DNA of 64,000 nucleotides from Bradymonadia bacterium. GTDB taxonomy: Bacteria; Myxococcota_A; Bradymonadia; UBA7976; UBA1532. Position numbers and translations under genes: made by a program. The stretch lies in the NCBI GenBank assembly GCA_046290225.1, contig JBKAGE010000048.1, positions 25,304-89,303 on the forward strand, given 5' to 3'. A model generated the notes under the pieces. The model did not search any database. It was not told where the DNA came from and saw only the letters and a program-made list of their open reading frames with translations. Below, piece by piece: positions 18,071 through 30,302 of the stretch. Within the stretch, counting starts at the first letter, position 1, and every line of letters begins with the position of its first letter.

Positions 18071-19597
18071 ATGGACTCTCGCACAGCCCCGGAATCATTC
18101 GATCCTCAGCGCAGCTTCGCCGGCGATGCCCTGGTGCGCGCGGTGCACGCTGCCGCTCAGAGGGCCCAGGAGACCGGTCATGACACCGTGCTCCGGGTGC
18201 ACCGACCACTCCATGTCGATCCATTCGAGGGTGGGCAGGGGGCTATGCTCAGCAGGGGCGAGCAGGGGCCCGTGTTCACGTGGTCTGATCCCCGAGATGG
18301 CCTCGACTTCACGGCCATGGGTGTCGTGGCCCGGACCACGCCTCGCGGGCGTCGGCGCTTTGAGGTGGCTCAGCAAGTTTGCACAGCCTGGCGGCGATCC
18401 ACTGTCGAGGCGGCGGCGTGGGGATACGGCACTCCTGCAGAAGATTTGCCCATGGCCGTGATGTGGTTCGCCTTCGCAGACGAGGTGAGCGGCCACTCGA
18501 TGTGGCGCCGCTGGCCTCGAGCAGAGGTGATCCTGCCTCGCCGTGTGTTGTATCGCCGCAGAGGTCATCATGGCCCGCGCTATGGCGAGATCCTCACGGT
18601 GCCAGTGCGCATTGACCAGAGCACGGGCGCTGTCGATGTAGAGGCGGCGATCCGCGAGGTGACTCGACCCTTCGAGCCTCTGCCCGAGGCCACTCACGAA
18701 ACGGTGGGCGCTGAGCCCATCGCTCCTGGGGCCATGGATCCGCACTGGCACACACTGGTTGAGGCGGCTCGAGCGGCGATCACGTCAGGCCAGATGGGGA
18801 AGGTGGTCCTGGCCCGCTCCATCGAGGTGCAGGCGCCAGAAGGCCACGGGTTCGACCCGGTGAGCACCTCTCGGGCGCTTCGAGGGTTGGATCCCGAAGC
18901 GGTGGCGTTTGGGGTACAGGGCACCGAGGGGGCCTTCATCGGCGCCACCCCCGAGGTCCTGTTCCGCGCCCGGGAGCGCTGGTTGTCCACCCATGCTCTC
19001 GCAGGCACCGCGCCCCTCGGCGAGACCGCAGAGCAGGCCTCGGACCTGGGCCGGGGCCTCATGGCCAGCGCCAAAGATCGTCACGAGCACGCCTTGGTGG
19101 TCGACGCCCTGGTGAACGCCCTGGGGCCCTACTGTGAGAGCGTCGAAGCGGCACCTCGCCCCCGCCTGCGCCGGTCGGGCAAGGTGCAGCATCTGGAGAC
19201 GCCGGTCTCCGGGCGCCTTGCTGCTGGCGCTTCGCTCATCAGCCTGCTTGGTCGGATGCACCCCACGCCGGCCCTGGGCGGGGTGCCCCGTGGCGCCGCG
19301 TTGAAGTGGCTCGCCACGCACGAGGGTTGGGATCGAGGCCCGTATGGTGGCCCTGTGGGTTGGGTCGCCCCTTCCGGTGACGCTGCCTTTGCCGTGGCGA
19401 TCCGCTCGGCGCTGTTGCAGGGGCCCCAGGCCTCGCTCTTCGTCGGCGCTGGCCTGGTGGCCGACTCGGAGGCCGCGGGCGAATGGCAGGAGACGGCCAT
19501 GAAGGCCCGCACGGTCGGTGAGGCGCTCCGGTTGCGGCCTCTCAAGGCCCATGTGAGCGACACGCCCGAGGACGACGCCGAGGTGAGCGATGGCTGA
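18071..19597 (+). CDS. menF: Isochorismate synthase
   Basis: KVVLAR, GATPE, ALAGT, KDRHEH, HPTPALGG and AVAIRS motifs; first gene of the men cluster. Confidence 0.92.
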   Translation: MDSRTAPESFDPQRSFAGDALVRAVHAAAQRAQETGHDTVLRVHRPLHVDPFEGGQGAMLSRGEQGPVFTWSDPRDGLDFTAMGVVARTTPRGRRRFEVAQQVCTAWRRSTVEAAAWGYGTPAEDLPMAVMWFAFADEVSGHSMWRRWPRAEVILPRRVLYRRRGHHGPRYGEILTVPVRIDQSTGAVDVEAAIREVTRPFEPLPEATHETVGAEPIAPGAMDPHWHTLVEAARAAITSGQMGKVVLARSIEVQAPEGHGFDPVSTSRALRGLDPEAVAFGVQGTEGAFIGATPEVLFRARERWLSTHALAGTAPLGETAEQASDLGRGLMASAKDRHEHALVVDALVNALGPYCESVEAAPRPRLRRSGKVQHLETPVSGRLAAGASLISLLGRMHPTPALGGVPRGAALKWLATHEGWDRGPYGGPVGWVAPSGDAAFAVAIRSALLQGPQASLFVGAGLVADSEAAGEWQETAMKARTVGEALRLRPLKAHVSDTPEDDAEVSDG

Positions 19598-21425
19598 GGC
19601 GGACACCAGCGCCGCTGGGGTGGCAGAGATCAATGCCATCCTCTCAGCCCGGATCATGGCGGGTCTCGCCAGGGGTGGGGTGCGTCATGTGGTCGTCTCG
19701 CCGGGTTCCCGCAACACGCCGCTGGTCCTCGCTGCGGCGAGGGGGCCTTTCGAACTGCACCGGATCGTCGACGAGCGCGTGGCTGGGTTCTTCGCTCTGG
19801 GCCTCGCCCGAGGTGCCGGCGCGCCAGTGGCGCTCATCTGCACGTCGGGGAGCGCCGGAGCTCACTATCTGCCGGCCCTCGTCGAGGCTCGACAGTCTCA
19901 TGTCCCGCTCGTGGCCATCACCGCTGATCGGCCTGCGGACCTGCAGGGACTCGGTGCCCCACAGACGGTGCCTCAACAAGGCTACTTCGGGCCACACGCA
20001 GGCTTCTCGGCCCACATCGAGGCGCCACTGCCCGGTGCCGAGCTACGCTGGGTGGGCCCGTTGGTGGCCCGAGCGGTCCACGCTGCACCTCAGGTGAGTC
20101 ACCTCAACGTGGCGTTTCATCAGCCGCTGTGGTCGCCAGATGTACCCGCCGTCGCGTTCGACGATGCGCCCGTGGTGGTCTCGGCGACGCCCCAGTTGGG
20201 GCCAGCTGTGCTCGCCGAGGTGGCCCGAGGCATGCGCGCTCGAGGCCCTGGCGTCATCGTGGTGGGGCCCATGGAGCACGCCCGTGGTCCCCGGTGGGCC
20301 CAGGCCATGGCCCGCCTCGCCGACGAGACGGGGTGGCCGATCATCGCTGATCCTGCCTCGCAGCTTCGTTTCGAGCCGGCGCTGCTCGATCATCCTGCCC
20401 TCGTCACCACCGCCGATGTGCTGGCTCGAGGTGCAGCCGTGGCGCCCTTGTCGGCGCTGAAGCCCGCTCAGGCGCTGTGTTTTGGTCGAGTGCCCACATC
20501 GAAGCACGTGGCGCGCTGGCTGGCCGATGCCTGCGCTGGTGCCATGGTGGTCGTCGACGCGTACGGCGACTGGCACGATCCCCATGCTGCAGCAGCAACC
20601 CTGGTGGTTGCCGAGCCCATAGGCTTCGTCGAGGGGCTGTGTGAGGCCCTCGCAGACAATCCTGTGCCACCGCCTGAGGGCTGGGTGAGTCTCTGGGCTG
20701 CCGCTGAAGGGCCCGCCCGCAGGGTGCTGGCATTGCAGTGCGACGTGGGCGATGCAGGAGAGACGGTGTCGTTGTGGGAGGCCGCGGTGGCGCAACACAC
20801 CCTCAGCGCTGTGCCCGTTGGGGGCATCATGCACTCCGCCAGCAGCATGCCGATCCGTGATCTCGACGCTTTCGGCGCTCCCGAGGCGGCCCAGGGGCCG
20901 ATCCGGGTGTGTGTGAGTCGTGGCGCCAATGGCATCGACGGCACCTTTGCCACAGCCCTCGGCGAGGCGGTGTCCACGGGGGTGCCTGTCGTGATGCTCG
21001 TGGGCGACGTGGCCACGCTGCACGATGTCAGCGGGGTGCTGGCCACCGCCGAGGTCGAGGCCGAGATCAACCTCACCGCCGTAGTGGTGGACAACAGTGG
21101 CGGCGGCATCTTCGACTTCCTGCCCATCGCCGCAGGCGCTGTCGATGGTGGGATCGAGGGTGCCTATCGGCGTTTGTTCCGGACCTCGCAGTCGGTGCCC
21201 GCCCAGGCCATCGGAGAGGTGGCCGGTGCCCGGACGGCGACAGTGAGCACCCTTGCCGCTCTGGATGGTGCCCTGGCAGAGGCTGTGGAGCGTTGTGGGG
21301 TCGATCTCATCGTGGCGAAGGTGCCCGCTGATGGCTCGAACGTGGCCCGTCACCAGCGCGCCTTCGATGCTGCCCTCGAGGTGGCCGCCCATGCCGTGGC
21401 GCGACGCTTGGGGGGAGAGGCATGA
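19590..21425 (+). CDS. menD: SEPHCHC synthase
   Basis: VVSPGSRNTPL, DERVAGFFALG, CTSGS, TADRP, SMPIRD, RGANGIDG and NSGGGIF motifs. Confidence 0.96.
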   Translation: MAEADTSAAGVAEINAILSARIMAGLARGGVRHVVVSPGSRNTPLVLAAARGPFELHRIVDERVAGFFALGLARGAGAPVALICTSGSAGAHYLPALVEARQSHVPLVAITADRPADLQGLGAPQTVPQQGYFGPHAGFSAHIEAPLPGAELRWVGPLVARAVHAAPQVSHLNVAFHQPLWSPDVPAVAFDDAPVVVSATPQLGPAVLAEVARGMRARGPGVIVVGPMEHARGPRWAQAMARLADETGWPIIADPASQLRFEPALLDHPALVTTADVLARGAAVAPLSALKPAQALCFGRVPTSKHVARWLADACAGAMVVVDAYGDWHDPHAAAATLVVAEPIGFVEGLCEALADNPVPPPEGWVSLWAAAEGPARRVLALQCDVGDAGETVSLWEAAVAQHTLSAVPVGGIMHSASSMPIRDLDAFGAPEAAQGPIRVCVSRGANGIDGTFATALGEAVSTGVPVVMLVGDVATLHDVSGVLATAEVEAEINLTAVVVDNSGGGIFDFLPIAAGAVDGGIEGAYRRLFRTSQSVPAQAIGEVAGARTATVSTLAALDGALAEAVERCGVDLIVAKVPADGSNVARHQRAFDAALEVAAHAVARRLGGEA

Positions 21426-22333
21426 GCACCCACGCTTCGCCCATGCCAGCCGATCGCCCTTCTACCTTCAAGGTGTGGTTGCTGGCGATTCGCCCAGCCA
21501 CGCTGGTCGCTGGGGTGACGCCGGTCGTCGTGGGCACCGCCCTTGCCGCCGCCGTGGGTCGCATGCATCTGCTCGCCGCGCTGGCGGCGCTGCTTGGGGC
21601 GTTGCTGATTCAGATCGGCACCAACCTGTTCAACGACTATCAAGACTTCGCTCGGGGGGCCGACACTGAAGATCGCATGGGCCCCGCCCGGGCCACCCAA
21701 CGGGGCTGGCTCACTGCGCGACAGGTGCTCCAGGGCACGCTGGTGGCCTTCGCCGCTGCGGTGCTCGTGGGGTGTTATCTGGTCTGGCACGGTGGCTGGC
21801 CCGTGGTGGCCATCGGGGTGGTGAGCGTACTCAGCGGCCTGGCCTACACTGGCGGTCCCATGCCCCTGGCCTACCATGGCCTCGGCGATCTCTTCGTGGT
21901 GGTCTTCTTCGGCGGTGTGGCGGTCTGCGGCACCTACTACGTGCAGGCCTTCGAGCTGAGCACCGGGGTGGTGCTGGCGTCACTCGCCGTCGGGCTCATG
22001 GCCAACGCGATCCTGGTGGTGAACAACTTGCGGGATCGACCCACCGACATCGAAGCCAACAAGCGCACGCTGGTGGTGCGCTTCGGCGATCGATTCGGCC
22101 GCTTCGAGTACGCCGCCATGGTTTTTGGGGCGTATGGCCTGCTCGTGGCGGCCTGGGCGCTCGGCCATGGCGGGGCCGGCTGGTTGCTGCCGCTGGCTTC
22201 GTTGCCCCTCGGCGCGTTGTTGGTGAAGGTGGTCTGGGGGCTCGAAGGCAAGGCCCTCAACCCTCACCTGGGCACCTCGGGCCGACTGGGGTTGCTCTTC
22301 GGCGTGCTGCTCTCCGTGGGGGTGATGCTGTGA
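21422..22333 (+). CDS. menA: DHNA polyprenyltransferase
   Basis: WLLAIRPATL, QIGTNLFNDYQD, YHGLGD and VVNNLRD motifs. Confidence 0.96.
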   Translation: MSTHASPMPADRPSTFKVWLLAIRPATLVAGVTPVVVGTALAAAVGRMHLLAALAALLGALLIQIGTNLFNDYQDFARGADTEDRMGPARATQRGWLTARQVLQGTLVAFAAAVLVGCYLVWHGGWPVVAIGVVSVLSGLAYTGGPMPLAYHGLGDLFVVVFFGGVAVCGTYYVQAFELSTGVVLASLAVGLMANAILVVNNLRDRPTDIEANKRTLVVRFGDRFGRFEYAAMVFGAYGLLVAAWALGHGGAGWLLPLASLPLGALLVKVVWGLEGKALNPHLGTSGRLGLLFGVLLSVGVML

Positions 22334-23388
22334 AGATCACCCGCATCGGACTCTGCCCCTATCGCGTACCCCTCGGCGCACCTGTGCGTGGCGTTGCCGA
22401 GCGCACTGGCTGGTGGATCGCCGTAGTGCTCGACGACGGCGCCATGGGCCTCGGTGATGTGGCGTGTTGGGCTGGGTTTGGCGCCGGTGAAGCCGAGGTG
22501 AAGGGCCAGCTGGAGTCCATCGGCAGACTACACGGTGCCTCGACGCCTGATTCGGTGCTTCAGCTCGACGCGTGGCTGGTGGCAGAGGGCTGGCTGCCCG
22601 AGGTGCGCCATGGGGTCTCCCTGGCATTGCTCGACGCCCTTGGCCGCAGCAGAGGTCTCTCCCTGGCCACTCTGCTCTGTGGTGCCCTCGGCGGCATGCC
22701 AGAAGAGACGATCTGGCTGCACCGGCAGGTCTCCACCGCTACAGAGGCGACCGCGGCCATCGCCGATGGGGTGTCTGCTCTCAAAATCAAGGTGGCCCAG
22801 GGCGATCTCCACGATGACATGGCCCGGATCTCTGCCATCCGCGCCGCAGCGCCCAGCGCTTCTCTGCGCCTCGACGCCAATGGGCGCTGGCCCCTGGGTG
22901 AGGCGCCGCGCATCCTCAAAATGCTCGCGGACTTCGACATCGCCTGGGTCGAGCAGCCTGTGGCAGGCCTGAAGGATTTCCTGACCCTGGCAAAGCTCGA
23001 TCCGCCCATCACCCTCGCCGCCGACGAGTGCATCACTGACGAGGCGGCGCTGCAGGCCGTGCTCGCGTACGACGCGGTGGAGACCGTGGTGCTCAAGCCC
23101 ATGTTCCTCGGTGGGCCCGTGTCCACAGTGCGGATGGCGCGGATGGCCACCGAGGCCGGGCGGCAGGTGGTGATCACTCACGCTCTGGAGTCGGCTGTGG
23201 GCCGTGCTGGGGCGGTGCAGGCCGCTGCCGCTGTGGGTGAAGGGCTCAATTTCTGCGGCCTTGGCGCCATAGGCTCCGCCCCGATCAGCATTGCTGTGGA
23301 TGATGCTCCGGGCCATGGCCTCGATCTCGGGGCCTTCACCAACGGGCACGATGGCGCCGGCTGGCGGTGGTGGGGGGCACGATCATGA
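22330..23388 (+). CDS. menC: o-Succinylbenzoate synthase
   Basis: GTG overlaps the menA stop; KIK, LRLDANG, EQP, AADE and VLKP enolase-superfamily motifs. Confidence 0.88.
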   Translation: MKITRIGLCPYRVPLGAPVRGVAERTGWWIAVVLDDGAMGLGDVACWAGFGAGEAEVKGQLESIGRLHGASTPDSVLQLDAWLVAEGWLPEVRHGVSLALLDALGRSRGLSLATLLCGALGGMPEETIWLHRQVSTATEATAAIADGVSALKIKVAQGDLHDDMARISAIRAAAPSASLRLDANGRWPLGEAPRILKMLADFDIAWVEQPVAGLKDFLTLAKLDPPITLAADECITDEAALQAVLAYDAVETVVLKPMFLGGPVSTVRMARMATEAGRQVVITHALESAVGRAGAVQAAAAVGEGLNFCGLGAIGSAPISIAVDDAPGHGLDLGAFTNGHDGAGWRWWGARS

Positions 23389-25204
23389 CCTTCATCCCAC
23401 ACCCCATCGCCAGCGCGGCGAGAGGCTGCCCAGATGGCCTCGCGCTGGTGTGCCCCGACACCATGGAGCGTTTCAGCTGGCGTCAGATGGCCGATGCTGT
23501 CGCCCGAAGGGCAGGGGCCCTCGCCGCTGGTGGCGTAGAGGCGGGCCAGCATGTGGCCCTCGCCGGGGTCTGGACGAGCGGTTGGGTGATCACGTGTCAC
23601 GCTCTGGGGTGGCTCGGCGCCACCGCGGTGCTCCTGCCACCTGACGATGCTGATCGTCTCAAGGCCCTCGAGGTCCTCGAGCCTGATCATGTCATCGATG
23701 TGGACGATGCCCGCATCGAGGCTCTCGAGCTGGGCGTGCAACACCCCGAGCCGAGTTGGGGCTTCGAACAACCCCTGGTGGTGATCTTCACCTCAGGCAG
23801 CACTGGCCGGCCTCGGCCGGTGACCCTCACTGTGGGCCAGTGCTTCTTCGGCGCCATGGGGTCTGCTCTGCGGCTGGGGCATTTGCCCGGGGATCAGTGG
23901 CTGTGTTGTCTGCCGCTGCATCACATCGGCGGCCTCTCGATTCTGCTGCGGACCGCTTTCTACGGCACCACGACGGTCTTGCATCGGCGCTTCGACGCCC
24001 AGGCTGTGGCGGCGGCCCTTGATGGTGGTGAGATCACGCACATCTCGCTGGTGCCCGCCATGTTGCAGCGGGTGCTCGATGCTCGCCCGGCACAGCCGCT
24101 CCCTCAGGGCCTGCGGGCGATCCTGCTCGGCGGCGCCGCGGCGCCGGCATCGCTGCTCAAGCAGGCCCAGGCCCTCGGCGCCCCTGTGTCCACCACGTGG
24201 GGCATGACCGAGTCCGCGGCCCAGGTGGCCACGAGCGCCCCCGGTGAGATCGTCATCGGCGAGGTGGGTCCGCCGCTGCCCTTCGCGGTGATCTCCGAGG
24301 TCACCGAAGGGCCCGACAGCGGAGCGCTGCAGATTCATGGCCCTGCTGTGGCCGGGGGCCACCTCGTCACCGGCGATCGTGGCCACGTCACGGCTGAGGG
24401 TCGCGTCGTGGTGCACGGGCGCCGCGACGGCGTGATCATCAGCGGTGGAGAGAACATCGATCCGGTGGAGATCGAGCAGCGCCTGCTCGCGCACACTCAC
24501 GTTGCCGAGGCCGTCGTGGTTCCCGTAGCGAGTGCGCAGTGGGGCCAACGTCCTGGGGCGCTGCTGGTCCCTGCCGAGGGGGTCGAGGACACAGAGCTGC
24601 CGACGACCGATGCGCTGAGGGCCTGGTGTCGAGAGCTGCTGCCGGGCTTCAAGGTGCCCGATCGCTTCCTCTGGCACCACGAGCCCCCTCGGAGTGCGCT
24701 GGGCAAGCCGCTACGCCCCGCCATCGTCGGGCTCTTGCAGGCCCTCGATGAGGCCCAGGCGACGGAAGCCGTCGAGCAGGAACTCCGGGAGCGGCCGGGA
24801 CTTGAAGGCCGCCATGTCGATGGCCACGTGCACCACCTTCACCGTGGCGTGGGGGGTGCCGTCGGGGCCACGGACGTCGTAGTCCAGCGTGAAGGTACGC
24901 TCAGTGAGAGCGCTCACGGTGAGGGCGATGTGCAGGGGTTGCCCCATGCGCATGGGCTTCTTGTAGTCGGCGCTGGTGTGCACCACCGGGGTGCCGAAGC
25001 CCAGATCATCGAAGGCGGTGATCAGGCCCTTGCCCTCGGTGAGGGCGGCCCAGAGCTCTTCGTAGACCACATGACAGTATTCGAACACACGCCCGAAAAA
25101 GGCGATGCCCGCTCGGTCCACTTCGTGGAATCGGGGGGTGATCACCCGCTCGAAAGCAGCGGGGGGGGTGGCGCTCATCGGCGTTTACCTCCAGGGGACG
25201 AAAG

Positions 25205-25208
<4 letters not shown>
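23385..25208 (+). CDS. menE: OSB-CoA ligase with a long C-terminal read-through extension antisense to a thioesterase
   Basis: FTSGSTGRP, LPLHHIGG, WGMTE, TGDRG, IISGGENI and ALGK motifs; the recognisable domain ends near 24750 but the frame stays open to 25208. Confidence 0.88.
24711..25178 (-). CDS. 4HBT-type acyl-CoA thioesterase, probable DHNA-CoA hydrolase (cyanobacterial-like)
   Basis: PRFHEVDRAGIAFFGRVFEYCHVVYEE and PVVHTSADYKKPM hotdog motifs; strong GGAGGT RBS. Confidence 0.85.
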   Translation of the reverse strand: MSATPPAAFERVITPRFHEVDRAGIAFFGRVFEYCHVVYEELWAALTEGKGLITAFDDLGFGTPVVHTSADYKKPMRMGQPLHIALTVSALTERTFTLDYDVRGPDGTPHATVKVVHVAIDMAAFKSRPLPEFLLDGFRRLGLIEGLQEPDDGGA

Positions 25209-26320
<1,112 letters not shown>

Positions 26321-26335
26321 GAAGGAGGCCCTGTC

Positions 26336-27361
26336 ATGTTGATCGTGCTCAATGATGGCGCCGATCTGAAGCGGGTACAGAAGAAGCTCACGGTCATGGG
26401 CCTCTGGACCCAGCCCCTCGCTGGGGTAAAGGGCCAGCACGCGCTCACCGTGGGCGCCCACAGCCCCTCTGTCTCCATCGACGCCATCCGCGCCGTTGAT
26501 GGCGTGGCGGATGTGTTGATGCCTCCGAGCGCCCACCCCAAGGTGGACGCCTGTGCCGGCACCTCTGTCACCGTGGCAGGCGTGTCCTTCGGCGTCGACT
26601 CGGCCCCGGTGCTCATCGCCGGCCCGTGCAGCGTCGAGTCTGAGGAGACTGCTCACCGCGCTGCCGAGATCGCCGCCGCCCGGGGTGCCCGCCTGATGCG
26701 GGGGGGTGCCTTCAAGCCTCGGACCTCGCCTTACAGCTACACCGGCCACGGTCGTGAGGCCCTGCGCTGGATGCGCGACGCCGCCGACGCCCACGGCCTC
26801 GGCGTGGTCACCGAGGTCATGAGCGAGGCCGAAGCCGAAGCCGTAGGCGAGCTCGCCGACGTGTTGCAGATCGGCAGCCGGAACATGCAGAACTTCGCCC
26901 TGCTTAAGCGGGTGGGACGTCTGGGCATGCCGGTGCTGCTCAAGCGGGGCATGAGCGCCCGCACTGAGGAGTGGCTGCTCGCCGGAGAGCATCTGCTCGA
27001 TGCCGGCGCGTCAGGCGTCATCTACTGCGAGCGCGGGGTGCACGGCTTCGATGCGGCCACCCGCTACATGCTCGATCTCGGCGCCGTGGCGCTGCTGAGC
27101 CACGTGCATCGCCTGCCGGTCATCGTCGACCCGTCTCACGGCACCGGCCGTCGCGATCTGATCCGACCCATGAGCCGGGCCGCCCGGGCCTCTGGCGCCT
27201 GTGGCCTCATCGTCGAGGTGCACCCCGACGTCGAGCAGGCCCGCTCCGACGGCCCCCAGGCCCTTACCCCTGAGGAGCTGACCCACGTGGCCGCCGATCT
27301 CGGCGTGCTGCCCACCAGCCGCACCAGCGAGGCCCATTGGCCTCAGGAGGCTCACCGATGA
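26336..27361 (+). CDS. aroF: DAHP synthase type I-beta
   Basis: IAGPCSVES, RGGAFKPRTSPY, QIGSRNMQNF and DPSHGTG motifs. Confidence 0.93.
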   Translation: MLIVLNDGADLKRVQKKLTVMGLWTQPLAGVKGQHALTVGAHSPSVSIDAIRAVDGVADVLMPPSAHPKVDACAGTSVTVAGVSFGVDSAPVLIAGPCSVESEETAHRAAEIAAARGARLMRGGAFKPRTSPYSYTGHGREALRWMRDAADAHGLGVVTEVMSEAEAEAVGELADVLQIGSRNMQNFALLKRVGRLGMPVLLKRGMSARTEEWLLAGEHLLDAGASGVIYCERGVHGFDAATRYMLDLGAVALLSHVHRLPVIVDPSHGTGRRDLIRPMSRAARASGACGLIVEVHPDVEQARSDGPQALTPEELTHVAADLGVLPTSRTSEAHWPQEAHR

Positions 27362-28113
27362 GCGCTGCCGCCAACCAAGCTGCAACTGACCAGAACCTCT
27401 CCGGGGCACCCCGCGACGGCAGCGGCGAGATGTTCGACCGCATCGCCGACAAGTACGACCGCCTGAACCGCGTGATCAGCCTCGGCATGGACCGCGGCTG
27501 GCGCAAGAAGCTGGTCCGGGCGCTTCAGCCCGACGGCGCCGCGGTGAACCGCGTGCTCGACGTGGCCACAGGGACCGCCGACGTGGCCCTCGACATCGCC
27601 GACGCCTACCCCGAAGCCCACGTCGTGGGCCTTGATCCCAGCGTGGGCATGCTCGACGTGGGGCACCGCAAGGTGGCAAAGCACTTCGCCGACGCCGAGC
27701 CTCGTGTCGAGCTGGTGGTGGGCGACGGGCAGGATCTGCCCTTCGAAGACGATCACTTCGACGCGAGCTGCATCAGCTTCGGCATCCGCAACGTGCCCGA
27801 CCGGGCCAAGGGACTCTCTGAAATGGCCCGGGTGACCCGCCACGGTGGCCGCGTGGTGGTCCTCGAGCTGAGCGAGCCCGAAGGTGCGGGCCCCATGGCC
27901 CTGGGCGCCCGGTTCCACATCCACGTGACGATGCCCATGCTGGGCCGCCTGTTGTCGAGCGCCCACGAGTACCGCTACTTGCAACAGTCGGTGTCGGCGT
28001 TCCCACCGGCTCCGGAGTTCGCCGAGATGATGCGCGACGCCGGCATCGAGGTCCGGGCGGTGAAGCCGCTGGCTTTTGGCGCGGCGTATCTTTACGTGGG
28101 CATCAGCCGCTGA
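27358..28113 (+). CDS. menG: Demethylmenaquinone methyltransferase
   Basis: MFDRIADKYDRLNRVISLG, LDVATGTAD, SFGIRNV and YRYL..S motifs; ATGA overlap with aroF. Confidence 0.93.
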   Translation: MSAAANQAATDQNLSGAPRDGSGEMFDRIADKYDRLNRVISLGMDRGWRKKLVRALQPDGAAVNRVLDVATGTADVALDIADAYPEAHVVGLDPSVGMLDVGHRKVAKHFADAEPRVELVVGDGQDLPFEDDHFDASCISFGIRNVPDRAKGLSEMARVTRHGGRVVVLELSEPEGAGPMALGARFHIHVTMPMLGRLLSSAHEYRYLQQSVSAFPPAPEFAEMMRDAGIEVRAVKPLAFGAAYLYVGISR

Positions 28114-28211
28114 TCTTCAAGCGCGGTCACCTCGCCCAGCTTTAAGACCTCTTAAGGTGAGCGTAAGCCCTGTGGTGTGCACCCTGATGATCGAGTCATC
28201 AAGGAGACACC

Positions 28212-30302
28212 ATGCGCCAGACCCTCTCAGTGCTCGTCGCCACATGCCTGCTCACCACCGGGTGCATCTCTCGCGAGGTCGCCAGCGAGTTCGAAGAGGC
28301 AGACAACCCTGGTGTCGAAACGCCAGCAGGTGGAGCCGTTGGGCCTGCAAAGACACCAGGCACGCCACCAGAAGAGGTCGGTGCCCCGAGTGCAGGGCCT
28401 GAGGCGCCTCGAGCCCCTGATGGCCAGGGGTCCGAAATCGAAGATCCTGAGGTGGAGCCCCCCGAAACGCCCGCTGAGGAGGCTGACTGCTCTGAGGTGG
28501 ACATCAACACTCTCGCTGATGCTGTGGTGCTCGGCGACCGGCTGCTCTACTCCGATCGAAATGGTGCGGTGTACATCGCCCGGTGGTCCGAAGGCGCCTT
28601 CAGAGCACCAGTGCTGCAGCAGTCGCTTGATCACCACCACGCCGATGTGGCCATGCACCGTGGTTTCTTCGAACTGCACCCCACCAACGTAGAGGGCACT
28701 CGAGCCATTCGTTTGCTCACCGGCGAGGCCCAAGAGCAGGTGGCGGTGGAGTGGCTCGATCTGCCCGAGCAGGGCCAGGCCTCAGTGTTGAGCAGCACGG
28801 TGCTCCCCGGCCAGATCGCAGCGGTACATCAAGGCATGGTGTATCTCTGCAACTGGGGAGAGCTGACGCGATTCGATGTCGCCGCCGGTGAGCGAGAGGA
28901 CTGGGGATCACATCGCATGTGCGAAGGTGATGGGGTAGCCCCTGGGCAGGCCTACGCGGTCTCCTGGACCCATCAGCAAGGCAACCACATCCCGTCCTTT
29001 CAGGTCTGGGGGTTCGATGCCGGCTGGCCATACAACCGTCGGGACTTCGGCTTCAACCCCAGCGGGGTCCACCGCTATGGTGACATCGTCAGCGCCGCCG
29101 TCAGCGAGAGCCGGTTGGTGGTGGACACCCAGAGCGACACGTACTCGTGGGTGCTCGAGTTGACTCCAAATGAGGCCATCATCAACGCCCCAGCCATGCC
29201 TTTGAGCGGTGACGAGGTGTTGCTCGGGGTGGAGCGGCAGCTGGCTTTCTATGCCGACGGAGCCGACCTGATCGCCATCGATCTCGCCGAGCCCGCTCAG
29301 CCTGCGCGTCTCTCGAATGTATGGCCGCTCGGCGGCAGCGAGAGCGAGTGGGCGCACACCCCAGAGGTGCTCTTCTCCAACGCTGAGTGGCTCATTTATC
29401 GTGATTGGTCATCGCGTCTTCACATTCGACGTATGGCAGGTGGCGGTGATGTGAGCATTCTGGAGTGTGGGGACACTGCGAGTATGGGCGCCGCGTGCTC
29501 AGGTGACGATGCGCGCTGTGATGACTGGGACAACGACTGCGATGGTCTCACAGACGAGGGCGTGCACTACTGTGGCCTGGTCATGCCCAATGGAGACGAG
29601 ATCGACATGGTCGCCATCGCCGGTGGCCGCTTCTGGATGGGCTCTGATACGGGGGAGGAACACGAGGGACCAGCGCGTCAGGTGAGCGTGCAGGGGTTTT
29701 GTATGGGCCGTAGTGAGGTGACCATCGGTCAATACCGCGCCTGCGTTGAGGCGGGGGTGTGTCGTGCCATCGACACCGCCTGGGGGCGTTGTACTGCAGA
29801 TAGAGGGCCCCAGACCGAAGATGCCCCGAGAGATTGTGTGTCGTGGGCAGACGCCAACACCTTCGCCGAGTGGGTGGGGGCGAGGCTGCCCACCGAGGCC
29901 GAATGGGAGTATGCCGCCCGGAGTCAGGGGGCAGACCGAATCTACCCCTGGGGTAACGCAGAGCCGAGCTGCGCGCGGGTCGTGATGAGCAGCGTCAACG
30001 AGCCTGAGTGTGGCATCAACCCCGTACGCTCAGTGTGTAGCATGCCCGATGGGCACACCGAGCAAGGACTGTGTGATATGGCCGGTGGCCTGTCGGAGTG
30101 GGTCGCAGACGTCTTCGGTCCCTATGAAGATGCGCCGAGAGATGGCAGCGCACGCACGGGCTCGGGCGGCGAGAAGGTCATCCGCGGCGGCAGCAGAAAT
30201 CACTCGGGACACTCACCCGAGCTGCGGACCACGAGCCGGCGCTCGGTACAGCCGGAAGAGGCAAACAACCGATTGGGTTTTCGGCTGGCCATTGGGCTCT
30301 GA
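28212..30302 (+). CDS. Lipoprotein with a Cys-rich CDxxDNDCDG motif and C-terminal SUMF1/FGE-like domain
   Basis: Lipobox LTTGC; CDDWDNDCDGLTDEG; FWMGS, RLPTEAEWEYAAR and GFRLA motifs; lacks the FGE catalytic Cys pair. Confidence 0.85.
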   Translation: MRQTLSVLVATCLLTTGCISREVASEFEEADNPGVETPAGGAVGPAKTPGTPPEEVGAPSAGPEAPRAPDGQGSEIEDPEVEPPETPAEEADCSEVDINTLADAVVLGDRLLYSDRNGAVYIARWSEGAFRAPVLQQSLDHHHADVAMHRGFFELHPTNVEGTRAIRLLTGEAQEQVAVEWLDLPEQGQASVLSSTVLPGQIAAVHQGMVYLCNWGELTRFDVAAGEREDWGSHRMCEGDGVAPGQAYAVSWTHQQGNHIPSFQVWGFDAGWPYNRRDFGFNPSGVHRYGDIVSAAVSESRLVVDTQSDTYSWVLELTPNEAIINAPAMPLSGDEVLLGVERQLAFYADGADLIAIDLAEPAQPARLSNVWPLGGSESEWAHTPEVLFSNAEWLIYRDWSSRLHIRRMAGGGDVSILECGDTASMGAACSGDDARCDDWDNDCDGLTDEGVHYCGLVMPNGDEIDMVAIAGGRFWMGSDTGEEHEGPARQVSVQGFCMGRSEVTIGQYRACVEAGVCRAIDTAWGRCTADRGPQTEDAPRDCVSWADANTFAEWVGARLPTEAEWEYAARSQGADRIYPWGNAEPSCARVVMSSVNEPECGINPVRSVCSMPDGHTEQGLCDMAGGLSEWVADVFGPYEDAPRDGSARTGSGGEKVIRGGSRNHSGHSPELRTTSRRSVQPEEANNRLGFRLAIGL